Assembly: GCA_037969075.1 (NCBI GenBank)
Contig: JBBKWS010000109.1
Span: 1-22,181 of the forward strand
Source: Bdellovibrionales bacterium
Lineage (GTDB): Bacteria; Bdellovibrionota; Bdellovibrionia; Bdellovibrionales; UBA840
Direction of reading: 5' to 3'
DNA length: 22,181 nucleotides
Positions 1 to 6,510 of this stretch are shown here, in pieces. The notes under the pieces were generated by a model, which was not told the origin of the DNA, searched no databases, and saw only the letters and a program-made list of their open reading frames with translations. The number at the start of each line of letters is the position of its first letter. Position 1 is the stretch's first letter. A program made the translations under genes and the position numbers.

Positions 1-108
1 CTAAGAAGAAGGCTCCATCTAAGAAGAAGGCTCCATCTAAGAAGAAGGCTCCATCTAAGAAGAAGGCTCCATCTAAGAAGAAGGCTCCATCTAAGAAGAA
101 GGCTCCGG
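1..108 (+). repeat. 18-bp tandem repeat CTAAGAAGAAGGCTCCAT, 5 perfect copies plus 1 copy ending in GG; probably continues upstream of the window
   Basis: Units at 1-18, 19-36, 37-54, 55-72 and 73-90 are identical; 91-108 differs in the last two bases. No spacers. Confidence 0.98.
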
Positions 109-125
109 CTCGAAAGAAAAAGTAG
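1..125 (+). CDS. 3' end of a gene that starts before the window; Lys/Ala/Pro-rich histone H1-like C-terminal tail (KKKAPS)x5-KKKAPARKKK*
   Basis: Frame 3 reads aag aag aag gct cca tct repeatedly and ends with TAG at 123-125, just before a terminator-like hairpin. The parent gene cannot be identified from this window. Confidence 0.75.
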   Translation, partial: KKKAPSKKKAPSKKKAPSKKKAPSKKKAPSKKKAPARKKK

Positions 126-132
126 TTGTGAA

Positions 133-158
133 GGGGGGCCTAAAGGGCCCTTTGTTTT
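133..158 (+). terminator. Probable intrinsic terminator
   Basis: GGGCC(136-140)-taaag-GGCCC(146-150) stem, extendable by G:U pairs (133-135/151-153), followed by GTTTT. It lies 7 nt after the stop at 125, between convergent genes. Confidence 0.7.
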
Positions 159-1332
159 ATTTCCATCTTATTACCAGTGGAAAACTGTTCACATGCTCTT
201 GCTTGTCGCTGATTACGATTGGCGCAAATTTATTTAGATTTATCCACTTTATTGTATAATCTGCGCTAAACCCATATCTAGAAGGATCAGTTGGTATAAA
301 AGCTGATAGAGCATCGGGTGTGAAATCAATAGGTTTTCGTGTGGGCTCAACTATATAACTACTCAGTTGTCTTGGTAGTAACGTATATTTATACAATTCA
401 GCATCAGTGGTTGCTGACAAGTTAAAGTCATCAGTGCGGTTTATATATTTAGCAATCTGAAAATCAAGAAACAGCGCTTCAAAGCTCGGCCACTTGGGTG
501 CAATAAGACCTTCCAAATAGGTTTTCCAATCAGTATAGCTATCTTTTAAAAATACACTGGGCAAATCAATCTCTATATTTTTTTGTATGTAATATATAAG
601 TAAATTGGCTTGTCCGTAGAAAGAATAGAGGGTTTTTTTTGTTAATGTTTTACTGCTTCCAAGTGTTGAAAGTGAAGACCATGGAGATTTGGCCATGTGC
701 CAATCCATCATAGGTGAAGAGGTTATGCTTGATGATACGTGATCCTCGAAGTTTAATGCTAATCCTTCTTCAAGCCAAAAAGGTATTTTTCCTTGGCTAG
801 AATGCATTAGATAATGATAAATTTCGTGTGCTAAAATCCGACCGAATACTCTAGGATCTTTCAAGAAATTAGTAGTTACAATTAAAGTCATAACTTCTGA
901 TGTTTGATAGGCACGACAAAAGAGGGCTCCGATACCTGGAAGATACGCAATTTGGTCGCCGGCGTAGATCAGCCGTATTTGCTTTGGCCAGTACTCTATA
1001 CCAAAATTATCAACAACATACTTTTTTATACCCATAAATTGACTAAAGAAAAAAGTCGAGGTGCTAATGTTCAAAAGTACCTGAACTGGGGAAGAGTAAA
1101 TTTTTGATGTACTCATAAACTCTAGAGTTTTACTCCCTACATGTTGTGCGGCATATTCTATAGTAATTTCTTTTGTATCATGTAAGTTTTTAAAAAGAGA
1201 TTGCTTGATGTATAGGTCAGTCTCTACGGGCAAGCAGGTGTTTGATGAAGAGAAATCAGAATAATTATCTGAAAATACTAGATGATTTAATGTGAAGGCT
1301 AAGAGTAATCCTAAAAACATGGAGTAATGCAT
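157..1332 (-). CDS. Putative secreted zinc metallopeptidase (gluzincin / peptidase MA-like)
   Basis: Hydrophobic N-terminal signal-like segment; AHEIYH (HExxH, aa 169-173) followed by PFWLEEGLA, the typical gluzincin third-ligand motif. Start could be 1332 or 1320. Confidence 0.7.
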   Translation of the reverse strand: MHYSMFLGLLLAFTLNHLVFSDNYSDFSSSNTCLPVETDLYIKQSLFKNLHDTKEITIEYAAQHVGSKTLEFMSTSKIYSSPVQVLLNISTSTFFFSQFMGIKKYVVDNFGIEYWPKQIRLIYAGDQIAYLPGIGALFCRAYQTSEVMTLIVTTNFLKDPRVFGRILAHEIYHYLMHSSQGKIPFWLEEGLALNFEDHVSSSITSSPMMDWHMAKSPWSSLSTLGSSKTLTKKTLYSFYGQANLLIYYIQKNIEIDLPSVFLKDSYTDWKTYLEGLIAPKWPSFEALFLDFQIAKYINRTDDFNLSATTDAELYKYTLLPRQLSSYIVEPTRKPIDFTPDALSAFIPTDPSRYGFSADYTIKWINLNKFAPIVISDKQEHVNSFPLVIRWK

Positions 1333-1338
1333 ATCATA

Positions 1339-1427
1339 GAACGTTCCCTAATATGGAACGTAAAGTTTATCTAATGTAAAACTTACACTAACGGTTTTGG
1401 GAACAGTGTGTGTATACAGTTGGGAAT
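1339..1427. promoter_or_regulatory. Divergent intergenic region with several inverted repeats and GGGAA(C) motifs; candidate operator sites
   Basis: ACGTTCC-N7-GGAACGT (1341-1361), GAACGTTC (1339-1346), TGTAA-N3-TTACA (1375-1387), TGTATACA (1411-1418), and TTGGGAA at 1397-1403 and 1420-1426. Function is inferred only. Confidence 0.4.
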
Positions 1428-1441
1428 CGAGGTGATTAAAG

Positions 1442-2356
1442 ATGCAAGATAATAATCAAGTTTCAAACTATTCTACCCCCCACCCCCAGAGTAGCATGGA
1501 CACACTTGCATCTTTACCTCGAGTTTTTGATTATATTGATTTTAAGGAGTTCTTAAGGGACTACTATCAATATAAAAAAAAGGCTCAATCAGCATTTTCC
1601 TTTGGCCAGTTTGCTAAAAAAGCGCGTATACCAACTAGAAATTACTTAAAAAGGGTAATGGATGGGGAACGACCTCTTTCTAATGAAAATTTACCAAAGT
1701 TTATAATTGCTCTAGATTTGAATGCTAAGGAGTCATCGTATTTTGAGGCATTGGTACACTATTCTCAGGCTAAAGATGCTCTTATTAAGAAGTACTACTT
1801 TGAACAGCTACGAAATGCTTCAAGTGGTGTTAAAGGTTCATATATAGATGTTAATTCAGCTCAGTATGAGATCTTTCAAACTTGGTATGTAATACCAGTA
1901 TATGAGTATTTCTCTTTGCCAGAAGCTTCGCAAGATATGAAGGTCATCGCCAAGCAGTTTAAAGATAAAATCACTGCAAAAGAAGTAAAAGAGGCAATTG
2001 ATTTACTGATTGAAGTTGAGTTTTTAAGTATTGATCCTGATACAAGTCGTGTGAAGCAAAATGTTGAAAATATTAGATGCGAAAATGATATGTTGAATTT
2101 AGCGGTAAGAAATTATCATCAAAGAATGTTGGAGATGACAAGTCAATCTGTAGAAACAGGTCATGTGAATGATAGATCCCTTAGAGCTACTAGTATTGCG
2201 GTAAATAAGGATGCCTTTGTTAAAATAAAAAAAGAAATAGAAGATTTTATGCGCCACCTAAATCAAAAATATTCAATGGCTGTCGCAGAAAAAAATTGTT
2301 TAGTGCAATTAAATAGTCAATTAATTCAATTAACAGAAATTGTCGATCACAATTGA
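1442..2356 (+). CDS. TIGR02147 family protein (N-terminal XRE-like HTH, C-terminal DUF4423); putative transcription regulator
   Basis: Characteristic N-terminus VFDYIDFKEFLRDYY...FSFGQFAKKA...NYLKRVMDGERPLS, central WYVIPVYE, and C-terminal VRNYHQRML...QLNSQL. GAGGTG SD at 1429-1434 precedes ATG 1442. Confidence 0.85.
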   Translation: MQDNNQVSNYSTPHPQSSMDTLASLPRVFDYIDFKEFLRDYYQYKKKAQSAFSFGQFAKKARIPTRNYLKRVMDGERPLSNENLPKFIIALDLNAKESSYFEALVHYSQAKDALIKKYYFEQLRNASSGVKGSYIDVNSAQYEIFQTWYVIPVYEYFSLPEASQDMKVIAKQFKDKITAKEVKEAIDLLIEVEFLSIDPDTSRVKQNVENIRCENDMLNLAVRNYHQRMLEMTSQSVETGHVNDRSLRATSIAVNKDAFVKIKKEIEDFMRHLNQKYSMAVAEKNCLVQLNSQLIQLTEIVDHN

Positions 2357-2366
2357 GGAACGTAAT

Positions 2367-3350
2367 ATGAAGATCTATATTTATACTTTATTAATAGTAG
2401 CATTAAGTTTTAATCAGGTTTCTGCAAATGATTCAGATGTCTATGAAATAACGCCACTACATACAGATGAGATCAACAGATCGAGTCTTTATGGAGCAGA
2501 GATTGGTAATGGTGCAGTTTTAGGGGCTGACTCTATATTTTGCGAAGATAAGGATGATTTTGAAGGTTGCTACACCAGCATCCAAAGGATTTTAGCTAGA
2601 GCTAAGCGTGAAGGAGAAAAATTAGGGAGTCTGGAGGAGTATACAAAAGCCAGATTTACTCTTGTTTTCGCAATCCGTGAAAGTGCAAAAAACTTAGCGA
2701 TAAACTACGACACAAATGGCGGACAACTATTGAGCTTTTTAAGTAGAGGATTAGAGTTTAATAAACTATTTTCAGGTCTTTGTCTTGAGGAGCGTAGCTC
2801 AATTGATTGTTATAGGACTGAAGCCAAAGCCGCCTACAGTTTTTTAAATTCATATTTTGCAGTTATGCTGGACAATGTATATCTATTAGATACTCAATTG
2901 TTAGTGCCATGGACTCGAAAAATGTGTGGTGTTGATTTAGAATCCACAAAATATTTTGAGGCGCAACTGTCTAACTACTCTAGACTACAATCGCAGTTAC
3001 TGCGTGTAGTGCTAAATGTCCCAGTAAATAATGAGAGAGCTCCTGTTAACTTGGGAAATTCGTACTATGAAACCAAAGTTGCGAGTAAGATTTTTGAAAA
3101 TGTATCAAGTGACCTTCAAACGGACGCTCTTGGTACATTCTATAATGTGTCGGTTAGTGGTATGATCGGTATTTCTGAAGAGATTAAACGTAACGTGTCG
3201 ATCGTAGCGAACTCCAAAGTAAGAGACAGCCTTATGGATGACTCTAAACGTGTGGCGGCACAGGCAATTTTTGATCTGGATAGTAGCGGCTTTAATAAAT
3301 ACCTTAAAGACTTACCTAGGGTTAATTGTAAAGTTAGAATTTCAAATTAA
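2367..3350 (+). CDS. Hypothetical secreted protein (327 aa), probably helical, 6 Cys
   Basis: GAGGA SD at 2355-2359 favours ATG 2367 over the track start at 2340. Signal peptide MKIYIYTLLIVALSFNQVSA. Starts 10 nt after the TIGR02147 stop. Confidence 0.75.
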   Translation: MKIYIYTLLIVALSFNQVSANDSDVYEITPLHTDEINRSSLYGAEIGNGAVLGADSIFCEDKDDFEGCYTSIQRILARAKREGEKLGSLEEYTKARFTLVFAIRESAKNLAINYDTNGGQLLSFLSRGLEFNKLFSGLCLEERSSIDCYRTEAKAAYSFLNSYFAVMLDNVYLLDTQLLVPWTRKMCGVDLESTKYFEAQLSNYSRLQSQLLRVVLNVPVNNERAPVNLGNSYYETKVASKIFENVSSDLQTDALGTFYNVSVSGMIGISEEIKRNVSIVANSKVRDSLMDDSKRVAAQAIFDLDSSGFNKYLKDLPRVNCKVRISN

Positions 3351-3870
3351 AGAAATATTTGGTGGTTAATTCATTTTTTTGATTGTAGCTGTAAATTTCT
3401 AGAGCTGGAAATAATGAGTTATCACTAACGAAAGTTTGTGCTTTGGCATAAACTTTTCTGGGTCCTAGCGCAGGGGATCCTTCAAAATCTGCACTCAATT
3501 GATTGTCTTCACTTTTTATATTACGTTTTTCTAAGCCGTCGGGTATTTTTGTAAGCCCAAGAGGATTTTCAAAGTATATGCAACCCACCTTACTTTTTAG
3601 ATCATGGACGACCACTATATTGGGGTCATCTAAAAATAGACCAAAGGTTTGAGGGCATGGAATATTAGATTTTTTTAAAAGTTCTTCAACTTGTTTTAAC
3701 ATGGTGGATGTTTGCACATAGTCGCCTGTGACATTAGTGTATATCAGAGTATAGCTAGGCATTGTATCATAGTAAATATTTGCCTCTTTGTAGGCTTTTA
3801 AATTGATGTATGTCGAAATACCTACAAATAGAATTGCGGTTATAAAACCGATTACAATAGAACGAATCAT
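3334..3870 (-). CDS. GyrI-like small-molecule-binding domain protein with N-terminal membrane anchor
   Basis: N-terminal TM (IVIGFITAILFVGISTYI); GyrI-like pattern TGDY...TFGLFLDDP...LKSKVGC...ALEIY. Confidence 0.7.
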   Translation of the reverse strand: MIRSIVIGFITAILFVGISTYINLKAYKEANIYYDTMPSYTLIYTNVTGDYVQTSTMLKQVEELLKKSNIPCPQTFGLFLDDPNIVVVHDLKSKVGCIYFENPLGLTKIPDGLEKRNIKSEDNQLSADFEGSPALGPRKVYAKAQTFVSDNSLFPALEIYSYNQKNELTTKYFFNLKF

Positions 3871-3915
3871 AGACTATTAATGAGTTGCCAGTTGCAAAAA
3901 ATCAAATAGTATTTT

Positions 3916-4611
3916 TTATAAATCAAGCCAGCTAATTGTTTTATCAGGAAAAACCAAGTTACCAGAGTCTGAAACGGACTGTAGGTTATTAAAATTAGCA
4001 TGTCTCCTTAGTGCTACTAATAACAGCTGTTGCTCGCTTCTGTTGAGCGTGTTTTGTGTAGAATCTATCTGTCTTATCATGCCATTGTTGAGTGCCATTA
4101 GAAATGCTCTCCAGATTTTTATATCAAACTTACTGTGCTCGACTAGGTAGGTGGTATTTTCAATTGGTGGTTTCGAGAATACATTAATACCAATGCCTAT
4201 AAAAGTATGGAATAGCTCTTTATAATGTACTCCCTCAATTAATATTCCAGAAACTTTTGACTCTTGTATATACACATCATTCGGCGCTTTTAAACTGGTG
4301 CGAATATTAAAATGCACTTCGATAGCTGACTGTAGCAGTAATCCTATGCGCATTGAAAGCACAGGGCTAGGCGGAATATTTTTTTGAAAACACCATGTGG
4401 CATACAATGAGTCGCCAACGGCTGTAGGCGTCCATGAATTGGCACTGCGGCCGCGGCCGTTTAGTTGCAAACTGGTAAGTATAACGGATGGATAGGTAAG
4501 TCGTTCATAGTTGTCTTTAGCATGTGTGTTTGTACTATCAATAGAGCTTTTATATACGATGTTTAATTCATTTTTTAGAATGTCACTACTTAAAATGCCG
4601 ATGTCGTTCAT
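3916..4611 (-). CDS. birA: Biotin--[acetyl-CoA carboxylase] ligase, monofunctional (no HTH)
   Basis: DSTN, QLNGRGRSANSW, KAPNDVY, KVSGILIE and GIGINV motifs. ATG 4611 overlaps the nadC TGA (ATGA); alternative start 4620. Confidence 0.9.
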   Translation of the reverse strand: MNDIGILSSDILKNELNIVYKSSIDSTNTHAKDNYERLTYPSVILTSLQLNGRGRSANSWTPTAVGDSLYATWCFQKNIPPSPVLSMRIGLLLQSAIEVHFNIRTSLKAPNDVYIQESKVSGILIEGVHYKELFHTFIGIGINVFSKPPIENTTYLVEHSKFDIKIWRAFLMALNNGMIRQIDSTQNTLNRSEQQLLLVALRRHANFNNLQSVSDSGNLVFPDKTISWLDL

Positions 4612-5462
4612 AGGTTCCATACAAATTGTAAACTTACATCTGCTGTAGGGGCTGAATGGGTAATTGCGCCAACACTAATATAATCTACGCCTATCTCAGC
4701 AACACTTTTTACTCTGTCTAGGTTCATGTTTCCGCTGGCTTCAGTTTCGATTGTATCAGGAATTAACTTAAGCGCAGCTATCATCAGATCATTTGTCATA
4801 TTGTCTAACATGATTCGTCCAACCCCTAATTCAACGGCATTTTTAACTTCTTCAAGATTGGTAGTTTCAACTTCAATGGGTTTGTCAGTTTTTGAACGAA
4901 TATTTTGTACAGCCTTTTTCATACTTCCTGTGGCTCTAATATGGTTTTCTTTTATCATAACACCATCGCTTAAGTTCATTCGGTGGTTAGTGCCGCCGCC
5001 ATCTACTACGGCCTGTTTATAAAGTTCACGATAAAGGGGAAGGGTTTTTCTTGTATCTAATATTTTTGTTTTAGTATGTGAGACAAGATCAACAAAGCAT
5101 CTGGTGTACGAGGCAATACCAGATAATGTTCCAATAAAATTAAGTGCAACCCTCTCGGCTTTTAGAAATTCTAATAAATTACCTTTCATTTCACAAATTA
5201 CTTGGCCCTTTAATACTCTCTGGCTGTCTGAAAAATGAAAACGAAATTCTGTGTCGGGCTCTTGCCATAAAAAAGCCTCTTTCAAAAGCTCAATGCCTGA
5301 TAAGATGATATCCTCTTTAGCTACGAGCTTTGCTTTGCCTTCAATGTACTTTAAGCCTAATGATTCTGTCGTGATATCTCCGTAGGGGAGATCTTCTTGA
5401 AAAGCTTTGCCCATTAAGTCGTTAAACTTAAATTTGTAGTGCAAAAAACTTTGGAAATCCAT
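4608..5462 (-). CDS. nadC: Nicotinate-nucleotide diphosphorylase (quinolinate phosphoribosyltransferase)
   Basis: EDLPYGDITT, ERVALNF, DTRKTLP, NHRMNLSDGVMIKENH, IMLDN, EASG and ISVGAITHS motifs. Confidence 0.97.
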   Translation of the reverse strand: MDFQSFLHYKFKFNDLMGKAFQEDLPYGDITTESLGLKYIEGKAKLVAKEDIILSGIELLKEAFLWQEPDTEFRFHFSDSQRVLKGQVICEMKGNLLEFLKAERVALNFIGTLSGIASYTRCFVDLVSHTKTKILDTRKTLPLYRELYKQAVVDGGGTNHRMNLSDGVMIKENHIRATGSMKKAVQNIRSKTDKPIEVETTNLEEVKNAVELGVGRIMLDNMTNDLMIAALKLIPDTIETEASGNMNLDRVKSVAEIGVDYISVGAITHSAPTADVSLQFVWNL

Positions 5463-6427
5463 TACCCCTCGAGATCTTGTGTTAAGCGTTCAAGCTCTTT
5501 TTGTATAATTTCTTTGGCCAGCTCAGGCACTATTTTTTTTACTAAGCGCTCGATAACCTCTCGGCTTTGAGATAATACCATGGCTTCGATCTCAGCTTCA
5601 CTTAAAGTGTGGCTAGCACTACCGGGAGCATGAATATCTTTGGGTTTACTTTGTGTAACTGCAGCTATTTTTTCAGATGGCGTTTCGATAGGTTTTTGCT
5701 GCCAAGACTCTTTTTCTTCTTCAATATCTGACTTTAATTCATTGCCCCATAAAAAACTTGATGTATCAATCGATTCGTCATCGTTGGATGCTTCAGGGTT
5801 TTCAAATTCACCAAGCTCTTCAGAGGGCAGGTTTAATTTAAATTTAGCAATTGATGCGGTAGGTTCTTTGACAGACTCTTTAGTGACAGTTTGAATAGAC
5901 ATTGGAGAGAATTCTTCTGGCTCATCATCATTTAAAAAATCAGGAACCCCATCGTTCGTGGGTGCTGGAGATATATTAAAAGACTTAGTTTTTTCTTGGT
6001 TTGAATCGCTCCAATCTAAATCGGGGGTAGCTATATGTTCAGCGATTGGGCTGGACTGCAACTTAGGTACAAAGCGCATAACTAATCGCCTTAGGCTATC
6101 GGCATCAAAAGGCTTTTCTAGTTTTTCATCAGCATTTGCTAGATGTAGTTTCTCCTGGTCTAGGTCCATAAAGCTATTCCAAAGAAGTACTACGGGTACA
6201 TTTGCGAATTCAGGGCTAGCTTTCAACTCACTGCAGACCTCGTAACCACTCTTCTTCTGCAAAAGAATATCAATGAAAATGATGTCTGGTCTAAAAGACT
6301 TTGCTACGCTTAGTACGTCAGTGCCAACTGTGACATTGCGTAGTTCTACAGCAAAGTCCTGCAGTGTGATTTGAATCACCTTTTTAATTGTTGCGCTTTC
6401 ATCAGCTAATAAGACGCGTAATGCCAT
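5462..6427 (-). CDS. romR: RomR-like polarity response regulator (receiver domain, acidic linker, conserved C-terminal helix); 321 aa
   Basis: Receiver starts MALRVLLADES, with D53 (DIIFID) and KPF. C-terminal SREVIERLVKKIVPELAKEIIQKELERL resembles the RomR C-terminus of Myxococcus and Bdellovibrio. Start moved from 6523 to ATG 6427. TAATG overlap with nadC. Confidence 0.8.
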   Translation of the reverse strand: MALRVLLADESATIKKVIQITLQDFAVELRNVTVGTDVLSVAKSFRPDIIFIDILLQKKSGYEVCSELKASPEFANVPVVLLWNSFMDLDQEKLHLANADEKLEKPFDADSLRRLVMRFVPKLQSSPIAEHIATPDLDWSDSNQEKTKSFNISPAPTNDGVPDFLNDDEPEEFSPMSIQTVTKESVKEPTASIAKFKLNLPSEELGEFENPEASNDDESIDTSSFLWGNELKSDIEEEKESWQQKPIETPSEKIAAVTQSKPKDIHAPGSASHTLSEAEIEAMVLSQSREVIERLVKKIVPELAKEIIQKELERLTQDLEG

Positions 6428-6475
6428 ACTTAAAGTATTCGTAGTTTGTAGGTACCAGTCAACAGTTGGGGATTC

Positions 6476-6504
6476 TTGACCACCAGCGCAAGCAACTCTA
6501 GTAT
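6476..6504 (+). promoter_or_regulatory. Putative sigma70 promoter for lptG (TTGACC-N17-TAGTAT)
   Basis: -35 at 6476-6481, -10 at 6499-6504, 17-nt spacer. The predicted TSS falls at about the GTG start (6511). Confidence 0.5.
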
Positions 6505-6510
6505 AGGTAA

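Noticed and set aside
1..108. 18-bp repeat as a CRISPR array or iteron set
   Set aside because: The units are contiguous with no spacers, the length is a multiple of 3, it reads as an in-frame Lys-rich tail, and no cas or rep gene is in the window.
1..237. Alternative frame 1 reading of the repeat, (LRRRLH)n
   Set aside because: This frame is open but runs through the terminator hairpin and antisense into the peptidase gene. Frame 3 stops just before the hairpin and gives a familiar K/A/P tail.
1361..1387. Sigma28 (FliA) promoter suggested by TAAAGTTT at 1361-1368
   Set aside because: No GCCGATAA-like -10 at the expected 11-nt spacing; the sequence there is AACTTACA.
1409..1418. HutC-like operator TGTGTATACA
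   Set aside because: One mismatch to TGTA-N2-TACA, about 9 kb from any hut gene, and no hutC is visible; likely chance.
2340..2366. Track start at 2340 for the secreted protein
   Set aside because: It overlaps the upstream gene, whereas ATG 2367 has an SD and begins a clean signal peptide.
157..3350. Mobile element, prophage or anti-phage defence island interpretation of the left cassette
   Set aside because: No integrase, transposase, att-like repeats, or nuclease, NTPase or toxin motifs were seen, and there is no obvious compositional shift by eye.
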